Shown in pieces: positions 34,080-43,725 of a stretch of 46,757 bases of DNA. Made by a program: the position numbers and the translations under genes. Within the stretch, counting starts at the first letter, position 1. The number at the start of each line of letters is the position of its first letter. The DNA is from Pyrinomonadaceae bacterium (lineage in GTDB: Bacteria > Acidobacteriota > Blastocatellia > Pyrinomonadales > Pyrinomonadaceae), in the NCBI GenBank assembly GCA_041748795.1, contig JBGTCM010000472.1, forward strand, positions 1-46,757, in the 5' to 3' direction. Under the pieces are notes generated by a model that was given only the letters and a program-made list of their open reading frames with translations, did not search any database and was not told the DNA's origin.

Positions 34080-35210
34080 ATGGACAACTTCGCATCTCGG
34101 CACGTCCCGGAACTCGACGGGCTTCGGGGCATCGCGATTATTTCTGTTTTAATCCACCATCAATTGACCCCCTTCCCTCTCAAGGGGGGCTTTCTCGGCG
34201 TTGATCTCTTCTTCGTTCTAAGTGGCTTTCTGATAACTGGATTGCTCGCGGCCGAGTTTGACAGAACCAACTCTATCTCTCTGAAGAAATTCTACATGCG
34301 CCGGCTTTTGCGGCTGGGGCCTGCGCTCGTTCTTTACCTGGTCGGCTGCCTTATTGTCACCATTTACACCCAACAAATCAGTGTTAGTCGGCAGCTTCAG
34401 CTAATCGGGCTGGCTTTAGTTTATGCAACCAACTGGCGCATGGCTTTCCAGTGGGAACCGGCGCTCGATCCTACCGCCATCATTTGGTCACTCTCGATCG
34501 AGGAACAGTTCTATCTTGTCTGGCCAATCGTCTTCGTTCTGTGCCTGGCATTAAAAATCAAACGCAGCCACATCGTGCTAGCTCTTGGAACTATCATCGC
34601 CGGCATATTCATCCACCGCCTTGTCATGCTTAGTGGGGGCGCAGACTATACGCGGCTTTACTATGGAACCGACACCAGGGCGGATGCTCTTTTGATGGGC
34701 TGCCTATTCGCGTTGTTACCCGTAGAGAGAATCTCATCGAGCGGCAAGCGCTGGTTAAACCTCACAGGTGTGCTGACTGCGGCTTGTTTGGTCTATCTGT
34801 TGGCTACGGTCGGCTTTACTGACCGCATCCTATACCAAGGCGGCTTTACCTTTGTCGCCCTGGTGTGCGGCGTATTGGTCTTGGTAGCCGCACATTCTCC
34901 ACCCAGAATATTGGCTGTAATCCTAGGCTCAGTGCCATTGGGTTGGCTTGGCCGCATCTCTTATGGATTGTATCTCTGGCATTGGCTGGTGGTGAGAAAC
35001 ACAACTTTTTACTATCTCGGCGTCTTCGAACCATGGGCTAAGCTGGGCCTCGCTGTTGCAATCGCTGCAGCTTCGTTCTACGTAGTCGAATGGCCGTTCA
35101 ATAAATTAAAGCGGCGCTTCTCAGTTTCTACAAAAGAGTCACCGCAAACTTCCCCGACACACGACGCAGAAAACAACGTACCGCCCCTCGCTCTGCCGGT
35201 TGCGAATTAA
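34080..35210 (+). CDS. Acyltransferase family 3 (OafA/YrhL-like) integral membrane protein
   Basis: LDGLRGIAIISVLIHH, GVDLFFVLSGFLIT, WSLSIEEQFYLVWP and about 10 hydrophobic segments. Confidence 0.85.
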   Translation: MDNFASRHVPELDGLRGIAIISVLIHHQLTPFPLKGGFLGVDLFFVLSGFLITGLLAAEFDRTNSISLKKFYMRRLLRLGPALVLYLVGCLIVTIYTQQISVSRQLQLIGLALVYATNWRMAFQWEPALDPTAIIWSLSIEEQFYLVWPIVFVLCLALKIKRSHIVLALGTIIAGIFIHRLVMLSGGADYTRLYYGTDTRADALLMGCLFALLPVERISSSGKRWLNLTGVLTAACLVYLLATVGFTDRILYQGGFTFVALVCGVLVLVAAHSPPRILAVILGSVPLGWLGRISYGLYLWHWLVVRNTTFYYLGVFEPWAKLGLAVAIAAASFYVVEWPFNKLKRRFSVSTKESPQTSPTHDAENNVPPLALPVAN

Positions 35211-35239
35211 AATCCATCCCCAGCTATATTGGCCGCGCT

Positions 35240-37015
35240 TCAGCCACGAACAGGCGTTGGCACCAGAACCTTCTGGCCTGGCTGAATTCTGGACCAGTTT
35301 GTGATCTGAGGATTAAGTTCCTTCAGCCGCGAAGGCGACAGCTTGTGGCGGTTAGCTAGTTTATCCAACGTGTCACCCGCCTCTATCGTGACCTTCCGGG
35401 TGGCTGTCCTGGATGGCGGTCGATCAGCAGCCCGTTCGAGCTGCTGCCTAACTGCTCGACTATTTACTGGCCCAGCGGGCACCACCACTCTTTGACCATT
35501 CTTAACCATAGACCACCGAGTTATTTTTGGATTAAGCGCGATTAACCTGGCAGGAGGAACCTTGTAACGCTGCGCCAGCGTCTTCAATGAATCTCCTTGC
35601 CGAAACGCAATAGACGTTACGATCTCGGCAGGCTTCGTTTCCTTTGCCGGCGTCGGAGCCGGAGGCTTCGGCGGAGACTGACTCGTAGTTTGAACTTCCG
35701 GCTGCACCTGGTCATCTGTTACTGGCGCGTCTGACGGTGTAATAGTATCGATGTATTGCTTAACATCCGCGAATGAAGAGAAGGTTTGCTCGCCGGTCGA
35801 GCTCAAAGGCCGGTCGGTATTGAGAGTGACGATCGACGGGTTTCCTCCGTTATTCAGACGGCTAATCACAATTTGACTGCCCGACGTCTTAACGGTCCAC
35901 GCTTCCGGGACTGTTACCGTTCTTGAAGCATTAATACGTCCACCGATTAAGGCACCTGCGAGTCCAACCGCGAAAAGCAATGCAACCCACATCAATGGCC
36001 GCCAACCGCCTGATGGGCGGGCTGCCGCTTCCGGCACTTGTCCAGTTCGTAAAGAGTGCGCGTCGCGATTCGCACCAGCATCGCTCTTCTCCTTCGCCAG
36101 TACTCCCAACTTCAAGACCTCGCTTTGGAGCCCAAGCAGTTCCGCGGTGTCTGCCTTGTTAGCCAACACCGCACTGAGATTCTCAAGCTTCTCATCGAGC
36201 TCAAGAAGGCGATCGTCATCAACGGCTATGTTTGTCCGCAGTGCCGCCCCACCAATTCCATCGTCATCGTTAGTATGGTCGAATGCCTGCTCCGAGGCCA
36301 CAACCGCCGGATGCACCTCGGCTAAAGGCAATTCGCCGGATTGTTCGTAAGGCCCGCCAATCACCACCAGTGTGCGATCTTCCTGGCTGGCTTCGGAAGC
36401 CTCCATCAGCGTACTGCAAACCGTCTCCGGCTCGAGCGCGTCGGAACTTAAGACGTGGTCCAAAAGGCCCTGCCCGTCAAACTCGCTTGAGAGCCCGCTG
36501 GTCATGAGCAGAACAACATCACTGTCCTTAAGTGTGAGGTGCTGAATTTGATCCGTAAAGGGACTTTCCTCTTCGAGTTGACCCAAGTGGCGTATCGACT
36601 GATCACGTTCATCAACTTTACGACCGGCAAGCAGAAGCAATTGGTCATGATTAGCAAGAGCCACTCGAACGTCGCCACAGGTAAAGTACGAGAACCGGTT
36701 GCCGCTCACCAAACACAACGCCGCGCTACACAACGACTCCTGTTCGTCGGCATTCTGTGCAAGGGTGTAGAGGAAACTGTTGATTTCCTTTGCTATGAAA
36801 CCGAGAAATAAATCGGGCGAGAATCGTGTCAGCGTGACAAACGAGTCGACGATCGTTTCGAGTTTGGCTTCCAGGGTTGTATTCAGGTTAGCAAAGTCGT
36901 GCTGTTCAAAATCCAACACCGCAAAAAAATGTCCCCGCTGGGTTTCTCTTTCGAAAAAGAAATCCGCATTCTGCGGCTTCAAATCCGGTTTCAACGACTG
37001 AGAGGTAAACTTCAT
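35240..37015 (-). CDS. Membrane protein with a degenerate PP2C-like N-terminal domain, one TM segment, a Pro-rich linker and two C-terminal LysM domains
   Basis: LysM 1: FRQGDSLKTLAQRYKVPPARLIALNP..GQRVVVP. LysM 2: IEAGDTLDKLANRHKLSPSRLKELNP..GQKVLVP. TM: LMWVALLFAVGLAGALIGG. N-terminal FFAVLDFEQHD and VVLLMTSGLS resemble PP2C motifs but lack the Asp residues. Confidence 0.7.
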   Translation of the reverse strand: MKFTSQSLKPDLKPQNADFFFERETQRGHFFAVLDFEQHDFANLNTTLEAKLETIVDSFVTLTRFSPDLFLGFIAKEINSFLYTLAQNADEQESLCSAALCLVSGNRFSYFTCGDVRVALANHDQLLLLAGRKVDERDQSIRHLGQLEEESPFTDQIQHLTLKDSDVVLLMTSGLSSEFDGQGLLDHVLSSDALEPETVCSTLMEASEASQEDRTLVVIGGPYEQSGELPLAEVHPAVVASEQAFDHTNDDDGIGGAALRTNIAVDDDRLLELDEKLENLSAVLANKADTAELLGLQSEVLKLGVLAKEKSDAGANRDAHSLRTGQVPEAAARPSGGWRPLMWVALLFAVGLAGALIGGRINASRTVTVPEAWTVKTSGSQIVISRLNNGGNPSIVTLNTDRPLSSTGEQTFSSFADVKQYIDTITPSDAPVTDDQVQPEVQTTSQSPPKPPAPTPAKETKPAEIVTSIAFRQGDSLKTLAQRYKVPPARLIALNPKITRWSMVKNGQRVVVPAGPVNSRAVRQQLERAADRPPSRTATRKVTIEAGDTLDKLANRHKLSPSRLKELNPQITNWSRIQPGQKVLVPTPVRG

Positions 37016-37219
37016 TAGGGCAACAGGTCCTCCTTAACGCGCGAAACTTACCACGAAGAGACTGGAAGCGGCATCAAGTTTTTTGCTTTACGCCACTATG
37101 GTTAGAAACGGGCGGCCAACGAACGCTTACGCAAACTTTCCAACTTTCCTTCCGCTGGGTACAATCCAATCCAATTCCCCTAATCAAATTCATTAGCTCA
37201 TTTTGCAGCGGAGGCAACT

Positions 37220-39067
37220 ATGAATTTCATCGGTCGCAGTCGCAATCTGTGGACGGCAATGTTTCTCCTCATTTGCGTGAGCCTTGCTCTGGTGACGTCC
37301 TGCTCCAATCCGGGTTCCGTTTCAACGTCGAGCGGTAAAGGCACACCTGCGGAGGCGGAAAAGTTTATTACTGACGCGGAGGCGAAGCTGTTGGATCTCA
37401 ACATCAAATACAGCCGCGCTGATTGGGTAAAGAGCACTTTTATTACTGACGACACGGAGGCGTTATCGGCCGAGGCGAACAAACAGGTGATCGCCGCAAC
37501 GACTGAATTCGCAGAGCAGGCGAAGAGATTTGATGGACTCGAATTACCTTATGACGTATCCCGCAAGACCAAACTATTAAAACTCTCGCTGGTGCTTCCG
37601 GCGCCCAGCAATCCCCCCGAGCGCGAAGAGCTCACAAAGCTAACTGCTTCTTTGGAAGGCGATTACGGAAAAGGAAAGTATTGCCCCGAGGGCGATAAAG
37701 GAAAATGCATGGGCATTGATGAGCTTGGCGCCACAATGGGCAACAGTCGCAACCCGGAAGAGTTGAAACAAACGTGGCTGGGATGGCACCAGATCGCACC
37801 GCCTTATCGAAAGAACTATGAACGCTTTGTAGAACTAAGCAACAAGGGCGCTAAAGAGTTAGGCTTCAAAGATACTGGAGCACTGTGGCGGTCCAAGTAC
37901 GACATGGAGCCTGATGCCTTCGCTGCCGAGATGGAGCGACTCTGGCTGCAGGTAAAGCCGCTTTACGACTCGCTCTACACCTACACGCGTCGAAGGCTTT
38001 CAGAAAAGTACGGCAAAGAAGTAGTGGCGGAAGACAAACCAATCCCGGCACATCTGCTGGGGAATATGTGGGCGCAACAGTGGGGAAACATTTATCCGCT
38101 CCTCGCGCCACAAGGCGGAGACCGCGGATTTGATCTAACAAAGACCCTCAAGGAACGAAATACAGATCCAAAACAGATGGTCCGTTACGGTGAATCGTTT
38201 TTCACCTCGCTCGGTTTCGAGTCTTTGCCACCAACGTTCTGGGAACGCTCGCTGTTCGCGAAGCCGGCCGACCGCGATGTCGTTTGCCATGCCAGCGCCT
38301 GGGACGTTGACTTTGAAAAAGACGTTCGTCTGAAGATGTGCGTGCAGATTACCGAGGAAGATTTTTCAGTCGTGCATCACGAGCTCGGCCACAACTACTA
38401 CCAGATGGCCTATGCAAATCAACCATTTCTTTATCGCGACAGTGCCAACGACGGTTTCCACGAAGCTATCGGCGACACGATGGCGCTGTCAGTGACACCG
38501 CCATATCTTCAGCAGCTTGGGTTGATCAATACAGTTCCTGACGCCAGCGCCGATACGGGCTTTCTGTTGCAACGCGCCCTCGACAAAGTTGCTTTTCTAC
38601 CCTTCGGCTATTTGGTCGATCAATGGCGCTGGAAAGTTTTCTCAGGTGAGATTGGGCCAAACGACTACAACAGAGCCTGGTGGGAACTGCGCGAGAAGTA
38701 CCAGGGAATCACGCCACCCGAACCACGCAGTGAAAAAGATTTCGATGCTGGGGCGAAGTATCATGTGCCCGCGAACGTCCCCTATTCACGCTACTTCCTG
38801 GCCCACATTCTCCAGTTTCAGTTCCACCGCGCCTTGTGTAGGGAGGCTGGCGTGACTGGCCCACTGCACCGGTGTTCGATTTACGGGAACAAGAAAGCGG
38901 GGGAGAAACTCAAGCAGATGTTGGCGATGGGTTCGAGTAAGCCCTGGCCGGAAGCCCTTAAGGCCATGACAGGAGAAGAGAAAATGGACGCCACGGCGAT
39001 CATTGATTACTTCGCGCCACTCAAGACTTGGCTGGATGGGGAGAACCAGAAGGCAGCGGGCAGATAG
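37220..39067 (+). CDS. Peptidase M2 (angiotensin-converting-enzyme-like peptidyl-dipeptidase), predicted lipoprotein
   Basis: Zinc motif HHELGHNYY plus downstream HEAIGD. Lipobox-like signal peptide ...LALVTSC. Confidence 0.85.
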   Translation: MNFIGRSRNLWTAMFLLICVSLALVTSCSNPGSVSTSSGKGTPAEAEKFITDAEAKLLDLNIKYSRADWVKSTFITDDTEALSAEANKQVIAATTEFAEQAKRFDGLELPYDVSRKTKLLKLSLVLPAPSNPPEREELTKLTASLEGDYGKGKYCPEGDKGKCMGIDELGATMGNSRNPEELKQTWLGWHQIAPPYRKNYERFVELSNKGAKELGFKDTGALWRSKYDMEPDAFAAEMERLWLQVKPLYDSLYTYTRRRLSEKYGKEVVAEDKPIPAHLLGNMWAQQWGNIYPLLAPQGGDRGFDLTKTLKERNTDPKQMVRYGESFFTSLGFESLPPTFWERSLFAKPADRDVVCHASAWDVDFEKDVRLKMCVQITEEDFSVVHHELGHNYYQMAYANQPFLYRDSANDGFHEAIGDTMALSVTPPYLQQLGLINTVPDASADTGFLLQRALDKVAFLPFGYLVDQWRWKVFSGEIGPNDYNRAWWELREKYQGITPPEPRSEKDFDAGAKYHVPANVPYSRYFLAHILQFQFHRALCREAGVTGPLHRCSIYGNKKAGEKLKQMLAMGSSKPWPEALKAMTGEEKMDATAIIDYFAPLKTWLDGENQKAAGR

Positions 39068-39164
39068 AGGGCAGCGTCGGCAGACAGCAGGAGGCAGGAA
39101 GCAATTCAAACAGAAATGGCACGACGACGCCGACCGCTGTCTCCTGTCGCCTGTCTCCTGTCTT

Positions 39165-39470
39165 CTAGTTATCCTTGTTCTTGCGGTTGATCACTTCAGC
39201 CACGAGGAATTTCTTCACGACATCTGGCGGCCAATGCCGATGATCTGAGCCTTCGCGAATAGTAGAGCGGCTGACTTTAATGATGTCGTCGAGGGTCAAT
39301 GCGCGCTTGGCCGGAAGGCGGCGCGGTTGTACGACCTCCGTAGCTATGGACGTTAACCATCCGTCAAAATAATCTGTGGGTGGCTCGGATCTTTGCTCCG
39401 GAGAAGTCGTTGACTCCTCGGCTGATGGAACCAGTGAAAGGGGGCTGGCTTTGAGGGCGGACCGTTTCAT
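39165..39470 (-). CDS. Hypothetical protein, 101 aa
   Basis: The ATG at 39470 is preceded by a GGGAGA RBS, so it is preferred to the longer 127-aa track ORF. No motif recognised. Confidence 0.45.
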   Translation of the reverse strand: MKRSALKASPLSLVPSAEESTTSPEQRSEPPTDYFDGWLTSIATEVVQPRRLPAKRALTLDDIIKVSRSTIREGSDHRHWPPDVVKKFLVAEVINRKNKDN

Positions 39471-39557
39471 AATTATCTCCCGATGAGAGTAGACAACTCC
39501 TAATTCAGCGGCATTTCCAATTCTAGTCGCAGATCCACGAGCAATCACTTTGAGTCA

Positions 39558-39974
39558 TTATTCCAATGGCCGCGGGTTCTCACCCGTAATTGCGGGAGGG
39601 TGTTTCTCATGGACTTCGATGGCTCGCGTCCGCAGCCTGCCAAACTCTTCTTGCAGTTTCACGAGCTCTTCGTCGGTGAAGTTTTCGAGGTTCACAAGAT
39701 GCGTGCGCGCGCCCGTCACGCCCTTTATCAGTTCATCAAGCTTTAGGTGAATGGCCAACGCGTCGCGGTTCTGTGTGTTTTGAATCAGGAAAACGGCCAG
39801 GTAAGTAAACACCGTGGTCGCTGTATTTATTACCAGCTGCCACGTATCCGAATAATAGAAAAAGGGACCAGCCCCGGCCCAAACAAGAATTAACCCGACG
39901 TTAACAATAAACATCCATGGCGCGCCCAGCATGTTTGCCGCGGATACCGCGAACTTGCGAAACCACTGATTCAT
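39558..39974 (-). CDS. Low-affinity iron permease family protein (Fet4-like small membrane protein)
   Basis: SDTWQLVINTATTVFTYLAVFLIQNTQNRDALAIHLKLDELI is characteristic of this family. Confidence 0.7.
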   Translation of the reverse strand: MNQWFRKFAVSAANMLGAPWMFIVNVGLILVWAGAGPFFYYSDTWQLVINTATTVFTYLAVFLIQNTQNRDALAIHLKLDELIKGVTGARTHLVNLENFTDEELVKLQEEFGRLRTRAIEVHEKHPPAITGENPRPLE

Positions 39975-40146
39975 CTCAACGCTCCTCCAGACAAGTTTTC
40001 ACAACAAAGCCGCGTGACCCAAATTACGAGACATCGAGTGCTTGCCTCGCCGTAAGAAAGGGAAGAGTCACGCGGCACAGGGGCTGCAGAACGTGCTTCC
40101 GATGAAGCCCACTCTCCAACACCTGTTGTTTTCCAATCCTGTTCGA

Positions 40147-40299
40147 CTATTTCGACGGCGCGCTGATGTTCACATCAACTTGTTTATTGCCGCCGAAGAG
40201 CCGGCCGCCGAAAATGAAAAGCGCGGCCACCACGAGTATTACGAAAATCACAAGCACTGCTACCACACCTGCACTACCTCCGCCACCGTTGTCTCCCAT
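40147..40299 (-). CDS. Small membrane protein, 50 aa
   Basis: Below the ORF-track cutoff. Translation [60 protein letters not shown] 6 nt upstream of the ATG. Confidence 0.5.
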   Translation of the reverse strand: MGDNGGGGSAGVVAVLVIFVILVVAALFIFGGRLFGGNKQVDVNISAPSK

Positions 40300-40332
40300 G
40301 ATGTTTCTCCTTTTGTAGTTGGTTTTAGAAAA

Positions 40333-41319
40333 CTAGGCGGCGGTTGTTTCGCCACCGAGTAACGTCAGGATCTCTCCGGTCACATAACTTGAATCGATCT
40401 CTGACGCGAAATAAACGTACGCCGGCGCAATTTCTTCTGGCTGCGCCGGACGCTTCATCGGCGTGTCGGCTCCAAACTCAGCTACCTTTTTTGCGGGTTT
40501 GTCAGAAGGATTTAAAGGCGTCCAAACCGGTCCTGGCGAAACGCAGTTCACGCGAATGCCTTTCTCAACCAGGTTCTGGGCCAGCGATTTAGTGAAAGCG
40601 TGAATCGCCCCTTTGGTAGCTGAATAGTCCAGCAACTCCTTGCTGCCTTCCAGTCCGGTGATCGAACCTGTATTGACGATTGCACTTCCCTTCTCCAAAT
40701 GCGGCAAGGCCGCTTTTGTCATATAGAAGTAGCCGTAGATATTTGTCTTAAAAGTCCGGTCCCATTGCTCCTCTGACAACTCTTCCAAACCTGACTGATG
40801 CTGTTGATAGGCCGCATTGTTGACCAGGATATCGAGCTTGCCGAGCTTGGCAATCGTCTCTTTCACCACGCGCCGGGAGAACGCAGGTTTTTTAAGATCG
40901 CCGTCGATGAAGTAGACCTTCCGGCCTTCAGCTTCAATCGCTTCCGCCGTTTCGAGAGCATCGCTTTTCTCTTGCGGCAGATATGTAAACGCTACGTCCG
41001 CGCCTTCCCTGGCAAACAGCACAGCGACCGCTCGTCCAATTCCGGAGTCGCCGCCCGTGATCAGGGCGACCTTGTTTTCGAGTTTTCCGGATCCTTTGTA
41101 ATGTGGCGCTTGATATCGCGGCCGCGGCTTTATCTTCGATTCCAGGCCGGGCTTTCTTTGATGTTGCTCCGGCATCGGCGACTTCGGCTCTTTTAGTTGC
41201 CCCATCTCTCGAGGTGCCTTGGTAGCGAGAGCCTTCGCTGAATTGCACAACGTGGACTTCCTGGCCCCTCTCTTTGTTGAGCGTGACGTGGTCCCGGATT
41301 TTTTAGGTTTGCTCGCCAT
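40333..41319 (-). CDS. SDR-family oxidoreductase (YghA / general-stress-protein-39-like)
   Basis: ALITGGDSGIGRAVA (TGxxxGIG). YSATKGAIHAFTKSLA (YxxxK). NNAA motif. The N-terminal ~40 aa basic extension may be over-extended. Confidence 0.85.
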   Translation of the reverse strand: MASKPKKSGTTSRSTKRGARKSTLCNSAKALATKAPREMGQLKEPKSPMPEQHQRKPGLESKIKPRPRYQAPHYKGSGKLENKVALITGGDSGIGRAVAVLFAREGADVAFTYLPQEKSDALETAEAIEAEGRKVYFIDGDLKKPAFSRRVVKETIAKLGKLDILVNNAAYQQHQSGLEELSEEQWDRTFKTNIYGYFYMTKAALPHLEKGSAIVNTGSITGLEGSKELLDYSATKGAIHAFTKSLAQNLVEKGIRVNCVSPGPVWTPLNPSDKPAKKVAEFGADTPMKRPAQPEEIAPAYVYFASEIDSSYVTGEILTLLGGETTAA

Positions 41320-41324
41320 GACTT

Positions 41325-41603
41325 TTACTTTTTCTTGCTTGTCTTCTTACTGGATTTCTTTGACGACTTCTTCGCGGACTTCTTGCCGCCTTTCTTACCG
41401 CCCTTTTTGGAGGCACTGCGGTTTTCTTTTTTGCCTCGTCCCGACCCGCTCTTCTTCCCTCCACCGGATTCCTTATTCACGGTGGCCCAGGCGCGAGATT
41501 CCGCTTCCTTCTTCGACACTCCCTTTTTCTCGTACCCCTCCTCGATGTGCTCAGCCTGGCGTTTTTGCTTATCCGTATAAGCGCCTTTATCACCTCTAGG
41601 CAT
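41325..41603 (-). CDS. Lys-rich small hydrophilic protein, 92 aa
   Basis: MPRGDKGAYTDKQKRQAEHIEEGYEKKGVSKKEAESRAWATVNK followed by a K/G/S-rich tail. AAGGAGA RBS before the ATG at 41603. Confidence 0.6.
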   Translation of the reverse strand: MPRGDKGAYTDKQKRQAEHIEEGYEKKGVSKKEAESRAWATVNKESGGGKKSGSGRGKKENRSASKKGGKKGGKKSAKKSSKKSSKKTSKKK

Positions 41604-41837
41604 TATCTTTCTCCTTTTTGTTTCGGAACTTTGCAATTACTGATCCCTGTTTACCGGCAAGGCGAGTCGCTCGGTTATTACACCCGAATCACTACGCGCT
41701 TTTCGAGCAAAGAAGCTGGCATCACGATTGCGGTTGAGGTGGTCCAAGTTCATAAAGACCGAAATGGTGGTCTGTTACTAAACAAGTAGGTAACTGCTAT
41801 GTACAGGAAGCCTACACAAGATCGAGGAGGGGGGCTG

Positions 41838-42035
41838 ATGGCAAATAAGAAGGCGAGCAGCAAACGCGAATTAATAGACACCGGAACTGATAAGCGCTAC
41901 GTGCGACGCGACGATAAGGGCCAATTTAAGGAATCCGATGATCAGGGTCGTTCCCTGTCCCAGGATGTCAAACAACACGCCAAGACCGTGTCAAAGCCGG
42001 GTGAGGGTGATCGAGGGGACCGGAAGCGAAATTGA
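41838..42035 (+). CDS. Small hydrophilic hypothetical protein, 65 aa
   Basis: MANKKASSKRELIDTGTDKRYVRRDDKGQFKESDD... The ATG is preceded by GAGGAGGGGGG. Confidence 0.5.
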   Translation: MANKKASSKRELIDTGTDKRYVRRDDKGQFKESDDQGRSLSQDVKQHAKTVSKPGEGDRGDRKRN

Positions 42036-42248
42036 TGAAATTGCAACTGGGCCACCCAAACGGCGAGACTCTTAACTTCCCATAACAGGCAATACAAAAA
42101 TGTTGTTTTAACGAGACGACCGCTCGCAGCTCAATCGTGGGTAGCGGCTGAGTCATGGGCAGAAGCCCGACAGTAAGGAAGGTGTCTGAGCACGAGTGAC
42201 ACCGTGTCTAGCCCGTTGGGCTACTGCCCCGTTCAGCTAACAGGATCA

Positions 42249-43268
42249 ATGACGATACTCGAACGACTCCAAAAGACAGGTATTAATCGGCGTGGATCGC
42301 CGTCACGCGGCTTCTCATACCAGCGCGTCGATGGTCAAAAGTTGAGCGTTGCCGATCGAAAAAGGATCGAGGAGCTGAAGATTCCTCCCGCGTGGACAGA
42401 TGTCTGGATTAATAGCGCGGCGGGTGGTCCTCTGCAGGCGATCGGAAAAGATGCTGCAGGCCGATTGCAGTACCTCTATCACGACAATCATGTCCGTCGA
42501 CAGGAAGCCAAAAAGTTTAACCGGCTGATTAAATTTGCGGAGGCGCTCCCAAGAATGAGGTCCACGGTCGCAGGCCATTTAAGGCAAACAGGACTCGGGC
42601 GAGAACGGGTGATGGCCTCCATCCTGCGAATTCTCTCAACTTGTTTCATTCGGCCCGGCAGTCAGGTTTACGCGAGCGAGAATGGCAGTTACGGGATCGC
42701 GACCCTGCGACCAAAGCATGTAAAGGTGAAGGGCGACGTTATTGGATTCGATTTTCCGGGTAAGTCCGGCGTTCAACAGCAACGACAGTTCAAGGACCGG
42801 CAGGTTGCGAAGGTGATCCGACAACTTTTGCAGCAACCGTCACGAGAGGTCTTTAAGTTTCAAAATGGAAACGGCGCGTTTGTCGACGTCACGCGATCGC
42901 ACATCAATGCCTACATTCGAGAGGTGATGGGTGAAAAGTTTAGCGCCAAAGATTTTCGGACCTGGGCGGGCACGCTCGTTTGTGCCTGTGCCTTGGCGAG
43001 AGTCGGCGCTGACGTCGGCGATAGTGGCACCGTTCGAAAGCGAAAAGTGGTCGAGGCAATCAAGGAGACGGCAGATGCGCTGGGAAACACGCCCGCTGTG
43101 TGCAGAAGCGCTTATGTCTGCCCCGAGATAATTAACAGCTTCGAAACCGGCACGATCATTAATCGATACTTCAAGACGTTGGACGAGTTCATCAAATTCC
43201 GAGGCCGAACTCTGCATCCGTCAGAGAAATCTTTATTGAATTTCATGAAACGGTCAGCGACGAAGTGA
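42249..43268 (+). CDS. DNA topoisomerase IB (poxvirus-like bacterial type)
   Basis: GFSYQRVDG..IPPAWTDVWI N-terminal block. RPGSQVYASENGSYGIATLR. KDFRTWAGT. Active-site Tyr context CRSAYVCP. The start could be the GTG at 42204 instead. Confidence 0.8.
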   Translation: MTILERLQKTGINRRGSPSRGFSYQRVDGQKLSVADRKRIEELKIPPAWTDVWINSAAGGPLQAIGKDAAGRLQYLYHDNHVRRQEAKKFNRLIKFAEALPRMRSTVAGHLRQTGLGRERVMASILRILSTCFIRPGSQVYASENGSYGIATLRPKHVKVKGDVIGFDFPGKSGVQQQRQFKDRQVAKVIRQLLQQPSREVFKFQNGNGAFVDVTRSHINAYIREVMGEKFSAKDFRTWAGTLVCACALARVGADVGDSGTVRKRKVVEAIKETADALGNTPAVCRSAYVCPEIINSFETGTIINRYFKTLDEFIKFRGRTLHPSEKSLLNFMKRSATK

Positions 43269-43566
43269 TCGGACGCGGGCAGGTGATCACACGAAGAGTC
43301 CAGTTAATAGTTATGGCACTAACATTGCCGAGTCATTAGCGAATCCTATGAAGCTGTTCGGTTAGCATGCGAAGCGATAACGTGTGTTCGACAGCGTACA
43401 AACAAAGAGACGTGAAAAGAAAACTTCAAACCGCCCGTCTTCGGGCGCAAGATCGACTAAGAAGTCAGCGACAACTCGAGGCAGGGCGAGAAAGAAATAG
43501 CGACTTTCCAGTCTATCGGTAACCCAACAGGCTGGTTTGTTTTACACAACGATTCGAAGAGAGGGT

Positions 43567-43585
43567 CAGGCAGGAATGCCTGTCC
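43567..43585. repeat. Copy 3 (inverted) of the dispersed hairpin repeat, caggcaggaatgcctgtcc
   Basis: The reverse complement ggacaggcattcctgcctg matches 20601-20619 at 17 of 19 bases. It forms a CAGGCA-ggaa-TGCCTG hairpin. Confidence 0.6.
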
Positions 43586-43602
43586 TGCTTAGGAGATAAA
43601 TT

Positions 43603-43725
43603 ATGCAAGGACCTCTGCGTGGACTTTTGGCCGGCGCCGCAGCCTGGAAATTTGGTGGTGGCTGCGTTTCAACCGTTCTGATTTTTATTATTGTCTTTTG
43701 GCTGCTTGGTTATGTGAATTGCTGA
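43603..43725 (+). CDS. Small membrane protein, 40 aa
   Basis: Below the ORF-track cutoff. Translation MQGPLRGLLAGAAAWKFGGGCVSTVLIFIIVFWLLGYVNC. AGGAGA RBS at 43591-43596. The 3' end overlaps the convergent pgl stop by 16 nt. Confidence 0.45.
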   Translation: MQGPLRGLLAGAAAWKFGGGCVSTVLIFIIVFWLLGYVNC

